Positions 1 to 15,117 of a stretch of 64,000 nucleotides of DNA are shown piece by piece. The DNA is from the human T2T-CHM13v2.0 reference genome, Homo sapiens, in NCBI GenBank assembly GCA_009914755.4, contig CP068257.2, positions 37,696,001-37,760,000 of the forward strand, in the 5' to 3' direction. The position numbers were made by a program, and so were the translations under genes. Numbering within the stretch: position 1 is the stretch's first letter; the number at the start of each line of letters is the position of its first letter. The notes under the pieces were generated by a model, which worked only from the letters and a program-made list of their open reading frames with translations, was not told where the DNA came from and made no database searches.

Positions 1-1357
1 CCAGTAGTTACAGCACTACATTTGTTTCAAGTTATTTTCTCTCAGGTAGTACGACAACAGCGTCATAACCAGTAATGCTTTTCCGCTTCACCGATAAGGC
101 TATATTATCCGTGAAGAAAACTAAAAGAGGGCATCCTTTAAATGTTTCCTCAACGTTTACAAAAATAAACTATCTCAAAATGTCAAACTCAACACATTGC
201 CATCAGAATTTTTAGAACTCATTCCCTTGAAAACATCCACTGTTAAAGTGTTTACTTCAAAATCTAAGAAAGCAAATATTAAAATTATTTATTACTTGCA
301 CCAGGCTTCAAGTGTTAACTGTTCATGGAAATAACACATCCTCTGGTCTCTTCTGTTGTCTAATTCAAAACCAGTAATCTTCTACCACTTTTTTTTCTTC
401 TTTTCACTTGCCACCATACTCTACCACTCAAGTGTTACAGGTCTTCCAACTGTGGTAAAAGATCACTCAGAAGCTCTTTTCTTTCTCAATTGTTTTCCTT
501 ATACAAGATGCTGAATATGGCCTGGCAATTAATGAATTCCTTTATCCTAATAACGAAACGGCAAAAATATATTCCTGAAAAATGTCTCCAGTAAAAACAA
601 ACGAATCCCTGCAACTGCTGTAACTATAGATAAAAGCAAGTTATATAGAAACATTAACCAAGTTCACAAAAGAAATGAGACTGTAATGCAAGATTAACCG
701 AGCTCAAAAGAAAAGTGCCTATTTAAAGCACTTTATTGTGTTATCTACAAGATCAGTGTGAAACTCATCAATCAACTACTGCGTTCAACAAATATTGTAC
801 AGTAGAAAGGAGCACAAGCACTACAGTGGCATATTCATACAGCTGCAAGATTTTTATGACGCTGCTGACAAAACAAAAAATAAAAAGCTCAACACAAGAA
901 CATTTCTCCACCTTCAGAGACCAATGATTCTATTCCTAGGGAACAAGTGGGGGGACAGACCCGGGCGGGGCAAGAGCAGGGAGGCCAATCAGAGCGCGAG
1001 TTACAAGCGCGGTGGAGTGGGGAAGCGAATGAAACCGCCCAGTTGAATGGCTGGCTGCGCACGCCACACCCCCGCAGAGGCGGCCGCACCTGGAGCCCCA
1101 CCCCTGCCGCAGGACCTCCGCGAGTCGCCCCCACCGCTCCGCCCCGCGCCGCCCCCAATGACTGTTTCCTGCCAAAACAAACCTGGCCGCCTCAAAAACA
1201 AAACAAAATCTTCAGCCGGGAACGCAGCTATGCCCGGGCCGCCCCCCAGTGCGGGTCACACTTTGCACCCCACGGGCCGGGGTCCCCGCGAGGGGAAGGG
1301 GCGGGGGCGGGGGGCGGTGCACGGAAAACCCGGGGAGCAAACGTGCCCAATGCTCAC

Positions 1358-1417
1358 CAACTCCTCGTAGCTCCTGTTGTGCTCGTTGCCCTCCCAGTCC
1401 AATCTCTTCGGCAACAA
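1358..1417 (-). CDS. BRWD1: BRWD1 coding exon 4 ([20 protein letters not shown]), 60 nt
   Basis: Minus-strand acceptor tttccag|TTG and donor TTG|gtgagc. The peptide matches the conserved N-terminal region of the BRWD1/PHIP/BRWD3 family. Confidence 0.8.
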
Positions 1418-1448
1418 CTGGAAAGACACGAAACGCACACGAGTGACC

Positions 1449-1523
1449 ACCGCTCCGGCGCGGGGGGGGCGGGGGGCGGGGGGCCGGGGGCCGGGGGCGG
1501 GCGGCGGGCGGGGGGCGCGGGCG
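1449..1523 (+). repeat. G-run-rich tract (GGGGCGGGGGGC-like) in BRWD1 intron 3
   Basis: Direct read: gcgcggggggggcggggggcggggggccgggggccgggggcgggcggcgggcggggggcgcgggcg. Multiple G4-G8 runs on the plus (template) strand. Confidence 0.8.
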
Positions 1524-1588
1524 AGCATCCCTCAGGGCAAGGTCGGCAGGAGGAACCCGAGGGAGCGCGGGGACGGGCGCGCACAGAC

Positions 1589-1618
1589 CTGGTACTGCTC
1601 CAGCTCCTGCACCAGCAC
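1589..1618 (-). CDS. BRWD1: BRWD1 coding exon 3 (VLVQELEQYQ), 30 nt
   Basis: Minus-strand acceptor gccgcag|GTG and donor CAG|gtctgt. It is in frame with exons 2 and 4. Confidence 0.75.
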
Positions 1619-1757
1619 CTGCGGCCGAGAGACGCGCGGTCAGGGGTGGGGTCGGGCCCGGGGCGCTCCCGTTTCACCCCCGCCCACCACCCGCGACCCC
1701 CGGCGGCGGGGACACTGGGGACGCCAAGTCCGCAGCCGCCCGCGGGCCCGCACTCAC

Positions 1758-1816
1758 CTGGGCCGCTCTCCGACACGGGCCCGCCGATAGGTACCGGGCG
1801 ATAAGGAAGTACAGCT
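1758..1816 (-). CDS. BRWD1: BRWD1 coding exon 2 ((E)[19 protein letters not shown]), 59 nt, phase 1 start
   Basis: Minus-strand acceptor cccgcag|AG and donor CAG|gtgagt. It completes the split codon G|AG=Glu from exon 1. The ELYFLIAR motif is shared with PHIP/BRWD3. Confidence 0.8.
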
Positions 1817-1958
1817 CTGCGGGAAGACAAGGAGTCAGGTCAAGCCCCGGCGGGGAGGGGAGGGGGACGGGGCCAGGGGAGCCGGGGGAGCCCGGGGAGC
1901 CGGGGAAGCCGAAGCAGCCGGGAGCGCCAGGGCGGGGGTGGCACGGCCTCGCGTCTTA

Positions 1959-2008
1959 CCCGACTCGATGAGAGGCACCGGGCGTCGGGCGGACGACGGC
2001 TCCGCCAT
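1959..2008 (-). CDS. BRWD1: BRWD1 exon 1 coding part (MAEPSSARRPVPLIES + 1 nt)
   Basis: Minus-strand Kozak context cggccATGG. ORF MAEPSSARRPVPLIES is followed by donor GG|gtaaga. Recognised as the BRWD1 (WDR9) N-terminus; BRWD1 is the known 3' neighbour of HMGN1 on chr21. Confidence 0.8.
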
Positions 2009-2106
2009 GGCCGGGCGCGGGGCGGGAGGCGGGAGCGAGCGAGCGAGCGGAGCGTGTAGGCCGCGCCGAGGCCTGACCGGGCTGGCGTCCCCTCTTCTCA
2101 GGCGCG

Positions 2107-2128
2107 CGCCGCCGCCGCCGCCGCCGCC
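2107..2128 (-). repeat. (GGC)7 trinucleotide repeat in the presumptive BRWD1 5'UTR (read (GCC)7 on plus)
   Basis: Direct read gccgccgccgccgccgccgcc ~100 nt upstream (minus sense) of the BRWD1 ATG. Confidence 0.85.
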
Positions 2129-2170
2129 ATACCGTGCGCGCCGCCTGGACCGACGCCTCCGCGGGGGAGG

Positions 2171-2210
2171 AAGTAGTCCCTCCGCAGGAGACGAAAAGTA
2201 GTCCCTCCGC
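2171..2210. repeat. 15-mer aagtagtccctccgc present twice, 25 bp apart
   Basis: Direct read: aagtagtccctccgc aggagacgaa aagtagtccctccgc. Confidence 0.8.
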
Positions 2211-3269
2211 GGGGGGCGGGGGTTTGCGCCAAGAGAGGACCGGAGCTCGTGTCCCGCCCGGGGAGGCGAACCTCGCTCAGCTCTCTGCCTCCGGGGACTC
2301 GATGAGGAGAAAGTGACGCGGAGGCAAAGACCTGGGCGCCGCAGCAGCGAGTGGGGGAGGGGAGGGCGCGTGGTCCGAATCCCTGCGCGCAATGAGGCGG
2401 CTGCCCGGGCTTTGTGAGGCGGCAGCGCGACGCCGGGTGGCCCAGCAGCGGGCGGGTGCCGGGGGCGGAAGCGCGGCCACAAGAGGGGGCGATTCACCGC
2501 CGCCCCCCGTGGGACCTGGGTCCTCTACGCGGGACCGCAGGGGCCCCGAGTCGCGGGTTGGGCAAGGTCGCCCGCTCCGGGTCGCTCGGAAGGGTCATTT
2601 CACGGACCGGTCGTCTGGGGCCAGTGCGTCTTGCCCCGCACGGAAGACCCCTCGCTTCGAGGACAGGAAAGCTTTTAAAGTGAGGATTGGCTCGCCGCGC
2701 CTCCCGCAGAGGGGAACGCCGCCCGGACCCGCGCTCCTGGGGCGGGGGCCTCGTATGCTGGCGTTGCCGGAGCGTCTGCGGCGCTGAAGGCTGCCGAGAC
2801 CCAGCCACATCCCCCACAAGCCAGCAGCCCGGCAGAAAATTACATAAAATGCAGCGCTTCGCCGAGGGGGTGCGAGTCGGGGGAGCAGCGCGCAGCTGCG
2901 GCTGACGGCTCGGCTGGATCCATCCAAGCATGGACAGGAAAACGGGACTGTGGGGAGAGGGTGGTGCAGACGGGCCGCAGACCCTCCTTAGGAAGAGAAG
3001 CCGGAAACTAGGGAGTCATGTGCAGTTAGAATCCTCTTGGAAGACTAGTAGGATGTGAGGTTGGAGAGGTGGACGACGACCAGAAAATTCCCTTGTCTTG
3101 CCAGGCTTCTGACCTAACTATGAGTTTCCTCCGCGCATCCAGCCTGCCCTGCTCTGGCCCCTAAAGTACAGCAGTAACACTCAGTGGTGTCCCTGCCTTC
3201 CTGGAATGCGCGTTAACAATTCTGATTCTTACTCATGGCAATAACCTACACACCACATAGACGTTAAAT

Positions 3270-3500
3270 GTGGTTCGGGTCAGACTCTAGGGCAGGACTC
3301 ACTGCCTGCACCTTGTCTTGGCTCCACCAGCTTGACCTTGAGCAAGTCACAACCTGTGGGTCTCAGTGTTCCTTACTAGTAAACCGTAGGTAATTCCTCA
3401 CTAGTAAACAGATAATATTTGTGCCTGTCTCAAAGTTGTGAGGATTTAATGAATTTGTGTTCCTGGTATACAGTAAGCACCGTGTACAAGTTGGCTTTTA
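3270..3500 (+). mobile_element. MIR SINE remnant
   Basis: Matches the MIR core and 3' end: ...gaccttgagcaagtcacaacc...ctcagtgttccttactagtaaa...ttgtgaggatttaatgaatt...cagtaagcaccgtgtacaag. Confidence 0.55.
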
Positions 3501-3514
3501 TTTACACCAAATAG

Positions 3515-3818
<304 letters not shown>

Positions 3819-3863
3819 AAAAGCTTTTATATATATTTATAAATGGACATAGATATCTGTGAG

Positions 3864-4180
<317 letters not shown>

Positions 4181-5171
4181 CTAAATATGTTTGAGCTAGT
4201 GCAACAGTAAGTTAACTCCTTACATCTGTTAATTCAGCAAGCACTAACAAGTGATGGAGATTAAAAAAAAAAAAAGGAATGAGCCACAGCTTTGCCATCA
4301 AAGACTTCAGCGTCTCTTAGGGGAAACAGATGTAAGCAAATAATGACACGATTTAGGGCAGAGATATATCAGAAGATCAGCTTGCCTGTGCGTGGGGGAA
4401 ATGTTAGGGAAGTTTGGGTTATCCAGGCTACAATGTGTGGAAAGGGATTTCGCACATACAAACAACAGAGGGCCAAGACATGAATATGATTTCTAGTTTA
4501 AGGAACCAGAAGTTTAGTATGACTACTTGGGGTGACTTTGGAGAGGATGGGACCATGATGTCAGAAGTTGAAATTGGGAGCAATTGAAAGATTCTAAGCC
4601 AGGAAGGAATCATTTTCTATTTTAGGATGGATTTGAGAAAGTTAAGACCAAGAGGCACTTAACATACCCCTGAAATAGAAAAGAAATGATGCATGAGGGC
4701 GTTGGTCATAAGGATAGAGAAGAGACAAGATCAGAAGTATGTAGGACAGTAAATCTGCAAGATGAAGTTGGGGTGAAATAAAAACCACAAAAATCTCGTT
4801 TGGGGCTTTCCAAGGTTGTGCCAACAAATAAGGTAGGGCATACAGGCTGGTAGCTAGATTGTTAAGATGAGTAACTGCTTGCAACAACTTGATTATTTGA
4901 AGTTACAGTGCATAGATGACTGTGGGACAGTGATCTGATGCTGCAAGATTACCAGTGTTACCAAATGACAAAGACATCAAGAGGGGAGAATTTAAACTTT
5001 CAATGATTGACCAAGGAGTTGTGCATTTCATTTTGTAACAAGGGCGTAAGATTAAAAACCCCCTAAAGATATTACAAGAATTTATATCCCAAGCTCTGGT
5101 CATTGTCCAAAATTATCGTTCTGATACTGGCACCATGATAACCATTACAAGAGATCAGAAATGATGACACG

Positions 5172-5464
5172 AGCCCAGACACAGTGGCTCACACCTGTAA
5201 TCCCAGCGCTTTGGGAGGCCAAGGCCAGAGGACTGCTTGAGCCCAGGAGTTCGAGACCAGCCTGAGTAACATAGTAAGACCCCATCTCTACAAGAAATAA
5301 AAAATAGCCAGGGGTGGTAGGTGTGTACCTGTAGCCCCAGCTACTTAAGAGGCTGAGGCATGAGAATGGCTAGAGCCGGGGGGGGATTGACGCTGCAGTG
5401 ACCCATGATCACAGCACTGCTCTCCAGCCTAGGCAGCAGAGCAAGACCCTGTCTCAAAAAAAAG
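5172..5464 (+). mobile_element. Alu SINE, sense
   Basis: cacagtggctcacacctgtaatcccagc...gcaagaccctgtctcaaaaaaaa. Confidence 0.9.
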
Positions 5465-6285
5465 ACACGATGACATGAGTTTTCCTTTACAAGAGCCTTG
5501 GGAGTCCTTTTACAACTTACTATCACATTCATGACAAATATTCTTTCTAAATTTTGAATAGGAACAAAGATTTCTAACAAGAGAGAGAATATCTTCCCGA
5601 TTCGACTCCCATATGTCAAGAGACTCAGATGTGACTCATATTTGCCTGCCAGGAGGAGGAAAAAGAAATACACTGTCCAGGAGCAACTCCTTAGTGGGTA
5701 CCCACCAGAAGTGGTCTCCAAACAAGGCAAGAATCTGTGTATTCCTCACACAATTCAATCCCAGCCATTCCATATGTACACACTGAGGTTTGCTTTTGGG
5801 TAAATGGAAATAACTTTAGAGTTTCACCACAAGAAAGCTACATGGTAAGCAAGTGTTGGAAAATCTTAACAGTGGGTGACATTAAGCTATAGGGTTGCAT
5901 TTTCAAGGGAACCAACATCTTATGCCGTGGCAAGCAACTCCTGACTGGATAAACAGCTCTTAGATGTCATTGATAGGCTCAAGCTGAGGCGCAGAGGAAG
6001 TATGGCCCAAGGGCATATAGCTGGTAAGTGGTGGCTGGACTGCAATCCCAAGTAGACAGTATTATCTTAGACTGAAACACAAACACTGCAAAGTCCATTC
6101 TCCCTTGGCCACGTTTCACAAAAGAGGAAATGGGACCTGAAAATTAGGAGACTTACACAGGATTGCACAGCTAGCGCATCAGAGAGCTGACATTTGGAAG
6201 CCCACGTGATAAGTACGTGTGTAATCTCATTTACCGCAGGCAACTCTTAGATTCTGTTATTCCCATTTTAAGAATGAGGAAACTA

Positions 6286-6572
6286 GTCTGGGCGTAGTGG
6301 CTCTCGTCTGTGCTATCAGCACTTTGGAAGACCAAGGCAGGAGGACCGCATGAGCCCAGGAGTTCAAGGCTGGTCTTAAACATAGTGAGACCCTCTCTCT
6401 ACAAAAAATTAAAAACTTAGTCCATGCATGGTGTTGGGTGACTGTAGTTTGAGCTATTTGGGGAGACTGAGGCAGGAGATCACTTGAGCCCAGGAGTTTA
6501 AGGCTGTCACAAGCTATGGTGGTACCACTGTGCTCCAGCCTGGGCAACAGAGCGAGACCCTGTCTCAAAAAA
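6286..6572 (+). mobile_element. Alu SINE (older, AluJ-like), sense
   Basis: Diverged Alu consensus with A tail. TSD agaatgagga(a)actag. Confidence 0.85.
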
Positions 6573-7151
6573 GAATGAGGAACTAAGGCTAATAAAGTTT
6601 AAGAATTTGCCTAAAAATGGAAAGCTTTTTTTTTTAATCTGTCTGTGAATGAGAGGAAAATAAAATTCAGTAAGGCCTTCCAAATCACCACTTAGGAAGC
6701 CCAACAACGTTAAATATGAATGCATATCTAGAAAATGGTGACCAAAGAAGTCTGGTTCCAACAATTCACATAAGAGAGTGGTCAAAATGGAATGAATTAG
6801 TAGATTAGAGTCCATTTCAAAAGACTCTGAAAAATGAGATAAGGAAATCTGTGAGCAATGGAGAACATGCAAAACAACTCAGATACCTAATCCAAAGCCT
6901 AATATTAGTTTTAATGCAAATTTGTGTTAACTGAATTTAGGTTCATTCAGGAGGCTGTGCTGATGTTGATGTACACACAACATCAGCCTACCTCTGAAGG
7001 GCAGGAAGTAGATGACGTTGGACCTCCAGAACACTATACCACAAACTGGATCAGCACCTAGAGGTGAAATTAAATGCACACAAAAACCTGGATCACTTCA
7101 TTCATTCATTCAACAAAATATGTGTTAGAAGTCTTCCCTGGCTCCTGGGCT

Positions 7152-7400
7152 GTTTTTTGTTTTGTTTTTTTCCGCTTTAGAGACAGTATGTCATTCTGTC
7201 ACACAGGCAGGAGTGCAGTGGTACAGTCAGAGCTCACTGCAGCCTCGCAGTCCTACCGCTGAGTACTTGAGACTACAGGTGTGCACCACCATGCCTGGCT
7301 AATTTTTTACTGTTTTTTAGAGATGCGGGTCTTGCTCTGTTGCCCAGGCTGGTCTCAAACTCCTGGCCTCAAGTGATCCTCCCGCCTTGATCTTCCTGGA
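7152..7400 (-). mobile_element. Alu SINE, antisense, diverged/truncated
   Basis: T-rich head, ...caggctggtctcaaactcctggcctcaagtgatcctcccgcc. Confidence 0.7.
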
Positions 7401-7451
7401 CTTCTGTTGGATAAATTCCCTAGGAAGAGGAGAGTTAACACTTCGATAGAT

Positions 7452-7570
7452 TTTATTTATTTATTTATTTTTTAGAGACAGGGTCTCACTGCATTGCCTG
7501 GCCTTAAGTGACCCTCCTGTCTTGGCCTTCCAAAGTGCTGGGATTACAGGCGTGAGCCACCACACCTGGA
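7452..7570 (-). mobile_element. Partial Alu / FLAM-like monomer, antisense
   Basis: tttagagacagggtctcact...ggattacaggcgtgagccaccacacctgg. Confidence 0.6.
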
Positions 7571-8855
7571 CTTTGATCGATTTTTGGAGGACTTTCAAAG
7601 TAAAAATGAAGAAGGTATCTGATCTTTTGATAAGCCCTTAGTCACTAGTAGATATTATATTGCATTTAATTCCTGATGCCCTTCCTCCACCTACTAGTGG
7701 TGTCATCTTTCCCACAGGACCTTTTCTTCCTTTTAAGTCTAACCCAACCAGCTGTCCCCTTAATGCTACTTGTCCCTGCCTTCCTCAGCAAATTGTTTCC
7801 ACATTTATCTCTTCCCTCTCCAACTTCTGCCTCTCCCTTGCCATTGGCTTCTGTCCTATTTGTTCCCAGCTTGCAGGCGCTGGCCCATGTCTGTCTCCAA
7901 GTCTTACTCGTTCTTACTTTGAAACATTTCTCACAGCACTAGAGAAAACACAGTGTGGTTGGACAAGACCTTGGGAACATGGGAGCTGGGATCAGAATGT
8001 GTCTGTGTTTGGATGTCGGAGTTGGGCAACCTCTTGGCTCGGATATTTTTCTGTTCGTTTTGTTTAATAATCTTTAAAATAAGCATGACAACTAATAACA
8101 TTTATTGGATATGTTTGTATGCTGGACACTGTCCTAAATCATTTCCATGCATTATTTAAGGATCATGAGACAGCTAGAGGTGTTTGTGAGCATTTCCAGA
8201 GAGCATGCCTGTGAAGCTCGCTGAACAATGCCCAGCTCTCAACATGACCCTGTTATATAAGAATAATTCTTTTTCTCTCCATTCCCACTTAGTTCAGGCC
8301 CTCAATCATCAACAAGCATCCTCCTTAAAGTTCTCCCTGACTCTCCACCTAATTAATCCTGTCATTTTATTTTTTTCTTTTCATTTATTTATTTTTATTT
8401 TCTTTGCCACTTCTGTATCTTCTTTGGAGATAATCCTGTCACTACTTTTAAAAACCTTAAGTGCAACTTAACATATTGCTTCCCTGTTCACGTCTTTCTC
8501 ATTCGCTGTCACCTCAAACCCAAACTCCTTGGCTTGCTTTTAACACTGTGGAGGACATTCTACTCTCCTCCCTCCCTGCTCCACACCCAGGAAAGATGAC
8601 TGTGCAGTAAAGCCATGGCTCGCTTGCCCTTGAGTTTCCAATGGGATTCATCTGGTAAGAGGCCTCAGCCAGAGATGGAAGGGTGGGAGGAGAGTGAGGT
8701 TGGAGTTTCCATTTTCCCAGCTCCTTTCCTGCCAAGCCACAGGTTGATAGTAACTGCTATTTGTGTGCATATAGAGACCCTCTCTTTGCACATAGAGACC
8801 CTCTCTGGGCTTTAAGACCACTGCCTCCCCTGCCCCTTAAGGAGTTGGGCTTCCC

Positions 8856-9150
8856 TTTTTTTTCTTGTTGAAACAGTGTCTCAGTCTGTCATCCAGGGTG
8901 GAGTGCAGTAGTGCAATCACGTCTCACTGCAGCCTCGATCTTTCAGGCACAATTGATCCTCCCACCTCTGCCTCCCAGGTAACTGGGACTACAGGCACCC
9001 ACCACCACAACTGGCTAGTTTTTGCATTTTTTCTACAGACGGGGATTCACCATGTTGTCCAGGTTGGTCTCGAACTCCTGGGCTCAAGCAATCCTCTGGC
9101 TCAGCTTCCCAAAGTGCTAGGATTATAGGTGTGACTACCATACCCAAGCC
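8856..9150 (-). mobile_element. Alu SINE, antisense
   Basis: Poly-T, gtctcagtctgtcatccagggtggagtgcagt... Confidence 0.85.
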
Positions 9151-9175
9151 GTTAATCTCTTTTCAAAAACCTTAG

Positions 9176-9483
<308 letters not shown>

Positions 9484-9680
9484 AGAGTCATAACTTTTAT
9501 ATCATACATGCAACTCATCAGTAAACCATCCAATTAGCTTACCTTCAAAATGTATCCAGAATCTAAGCACTTCTCATCCGGAAGAGCACCACAACCTCTT
9601 ATGTCTTACTGCTTCTACCTTCATCCTATTTCTGTGTATTCTCAGGCAGCTGGAGGGATCCTGTTAAAACTTAAGACAGG

Positions 9681-10031
<351 letters not shown>

Positions 10032-10179
10032 TCAGACCCAGAGGAAAAGGCCAAGTCCACACGATCTGGCCTCTCTCTGGTTTGTCTTACCTCTCACCTG
10101 ACTGCTCCCCTTCTCATAGTGCTCCAGCCTCACTGTGGCGTGACCTGGCCCACGGCTGCCTCAGGGTATTTGTACTTGC

Positions 10180-10560
10180 TGTTTGTTCTGCAGGAATGCT
10201 CTTCTCCTGGAAAAACTGCATGGCTGAGTCCCTCCCCTCCTTCAAGTCTTGGCTCAAATGTCACATTTTCAGTGAGACCTTCCCTAACCACCCTAAGTAC
10301 AATTTAAACTTATCCTCACTCTGTGCCCATTTCTCTTTTACTCTTCCTGTGTTCTTTTCCTCCATAGCACTGTTGATCTTCTAACCTACTGTAACATGTC
10401 CCCGTCTATTTTGTTTATTGTCTATCTCTTGACATTCTATGAAGGCAGACAGAGATCTGTGTCTGTTTTGCTCTCTGACACATCTGCAGGGCTATGATGA
10501 GTCCTGACATACTTATGGTAGGTATGCAATAAATATTTGTTGGATGTTTAATGAAAAATT
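10180..10560 (+). mobile_element. Ancient SINE-like remnant (MIR-family-like 3' end ...gcaataaatatttgttggatg)
   Basis: Weak resemblance to the MIR/ancient SINE tail (...taggtatgcaataaatatttgttg...). Recalled from memory only. Confidence 0.3.
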
Positions 10561-10654
10561 GCTCAACTAGACAGTCCCTCAAATATGAGATAGTTATGCT
10601 TTCAACATTTCCTCAAATCTTTCAGCCACTGTGGTGGTTAGATCTGAAGACAAG

Positions 10655-10946
<292 letters not shown>

Positions 10947-11743
10947 ATCAGAAGACAATCTGCAGAAACTCGTTGACCCATAACATACCTGGAGATACGG
11001 CCTCCTTGGCTCAAGGCTCCCCTCAAAGGCAGCAGGATAGTCAAAGTCTCTGGAGCGGAAGGGTGAGTGGAAGGAAACACTTTCAGGAGGAGCAATGGAG
11101 GCTGCTTTAGGAGAGGATCCCCATGCTACAGGAACGGGGCATCGTGTCCATATATTTCCCAGGTGCCCCGTGCCCTCCGTGGCCAGCCTGCTTCAACCCA
11201 CTGTCAGCAGCCTGTTTCACAGGCTCCATCTCCCTGAGCCCCCGCAGAACACAGCAGTCACCCCTGGCTTCCCCCAGCCTCTCTCTCAGACTGGCTCAGT
11301 ACCCTCTGGTTTCCTCAGGGTCTCGCTGATCCCAAAGATGAAGAGACAAAACCGGCCTTGCTTGCCCCCAAGGTGAGACTTCGGATCTGTGGTGAGGGAG
11401 GGAAAAATTCCAGCAGACCCAAGAGGAAGGCTACAGAAGAAAGGACAGAAGCGTGGAGAGAAATTCTAAGCAGGAGGCTGGGGAAGAAGGAAGAGCTTCA
11501 GGTCACTGGGTCACCCCACCAGGAGATAGTCCCCTTGTGGCCTTGAGACTTATGCAATGGGCAGATGCAATCTGGGTACCTAAGGCAAGGATTGCCCTTA
11601 TTCTGGCCATGACATTTAACACCTAATTGCAGTAATAACCCCTCTTTTCCACCTGGAGAAAGCTTCCTGGCCCCTCTTTTTCACTTGTGGGTAAGTCTGG
11701 CCAAGAGCAGGGTGAAGAAACCCATAGTCTAACACAAAACCAC

Positions 11744-11865
11744 ATTTTTTATTTTTATTTTTTTAATTGTAGAGACAGGGTCTTACTGTGTTGCCTACAC
11801 TGGTCTCAAACGCCTGGCCTCAAGCAGTCCTCCCACTTCAGCCTCCCAAAGTGCTGTGATTACAA
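11744..11865 (-). mobile_element. Partial Alu / FLAM, antisense
   Basis: Short monomer with TSD acacaaaaccac. Confidence 0.6.
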
Positions 11866-11895
11866 CACAAAACCACCTTATCATTAAAAAATTAG

Positions 11896-12200
11896 GGCAA
11901 GGAACAGTGGCTCACATCTGTAATCTCAACACTCTGGGAAGCCAGGGTGGGAGGATCACTTGAGTCCAGAAGTTCGAGACCAGCCTGGGAACACATACAA
12001 AAACCCCACCTCTACAAAAAATACAAAAATTAGCCAGGCATGGTGGTGCGTGCCTATAGTCCCACCCACTCAGGAGGCTGAGGTGGGGAAGACAGCTTGA
12101 GCCCAGGAGCTGGAGGTTGCAGTGAACCGAGCTTGTGCCGTTGCACTCCAGCCTGGGCGACTGAGAGAGACCCTGTCTCAAAAAATAAAAATTAAAAAGC
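11896..12200 (+). mobile_element. Alu SINE, sense
   Basis: ggaacagtggctcacatctgtaatc...A-rich tail. Confidence 0.85.
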
Positions 12201-12299
12201 TTTTAAAAAGTTAAAATATTGAAGCCACCAAAGGTTAATATATGAATATTGGTAATTAGATGAGATTAAGATGATTTTTGGCTTGAGAATCCAGATTCA

Positions 12300-13660
<1,361 letters not shown>

Positions 13661-13793
13661 GTTGGAAATTTCAGGAATCAAATAACCTAGAGATTTGTCA
13701 AAGGGCTTTTCTCCTGCCTCTCAGCTTTACCAAATGCTTTATTGCCTAGCATTATGCTATGAGGTTCATTTCAGTCCTGTGCTTGTGAGATTG

Positions 13794-14071
13794 TTTTTTT
13801 TTTTTTTTTTTTTTTTTTGAGACAGAGTTTCGCTGATCTCGGCTCACTACAACCTATACCTCCTGGGTTCAAGTGATTCTCCTGCCTCAGCCTCCCGAGT
13901 AGCTGGGATTGCAGGCGCCCACCACCACGCCCGGCTAATTTTTGTAATTTTAACAGAGATGGGGTTTCACCATGTTGGCCAGGCTGGTCTCAAACTCCTG
14001 ACCTCAGGTGATCCACCCATCTCGGCCTCCCAAAGTACTGGGATTATAGGCATAAGCCACCGCGCCTGGAC
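13794..14071 (-). mobile_element. Alu SINE, antisense
   Basis: T24 head...ggattataggcataagccaccgcgcctgg. Confidence 0.9.
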
Positions 14072-14129
14072 CCCCTCATACTTTTTTAACTTTTAAAATT
14101 CATTCATATAAAAGCATATGTGTAATGTA

Positions 14130-14220
14130 TTTTTAATTTTGTTTTTGTTTATTATTTTGTAATGTATTTTTTTACATGTATTATTTTGTAATGTATTTAG
14201 TATTTTGTAATGTATTTATT

Positions 14221-14225
<5 letters not shown>
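14130..14225. repeat. AT-rich minisatellite, (ttttgtaatgtattt...) x4
   Basis: Direct read: attttgtaatgtattt repeated with ~22-25 bp period. Confidence 0.7.
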
Positions 14226-14524
<299 letters not shown>

Positions 14525-14572
14525 TAATATATGTAATGTAGATGTAAGGTATTACACTCAATATTAAAATAA

Positions 14573-14945
<373 letters not shown>

Positions 14946-15117
14946 TGAAGCTGCCCTTTCTATAGCACTCCCCTGCTGGTCCCCAGAGGCATCCACTGGC
15001 CTGAACTTTATGTATATCAGAATCTCGCTTTGCTTTTTATGAGTAGTTTTACTAGATATGTAGGATTCCCTTATAACATTGTTTAGCTTCCTTGGTTTTG
15101 AGTTTGGTAAAAATGGA

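Larger units (their letters stand above)
950..2950. promoter_or_regulatory. BRWD1: CpG island covering the BRWD1 5' end (exons 1-4, 5'UTR, presumptive promoter); possibly bidirectional
   Basis: Abrupt shift from AT-rich to >65% GC with dense CpG. GC boxes (ccgccc/gggcgg) occur throughout. The minus-strand ATG exon lies inside. No TATA box is seen. Confidence 0.75.

Noticed and set aside
947-2931. Long six-frame ORFs in the BRWD1 CpG island: 947..1804 +, 1354..1830 -, 1835..2497 -, 2494..2931 - and others.
   Set aside because: These are artefacts of GC-rich, stop-codon-poor sequence with Pro/Gly/Ala/Arg-rich low-complexity translations. Only the short minus-strand segments bounded by real splice signals (exons 1-4) are coding.
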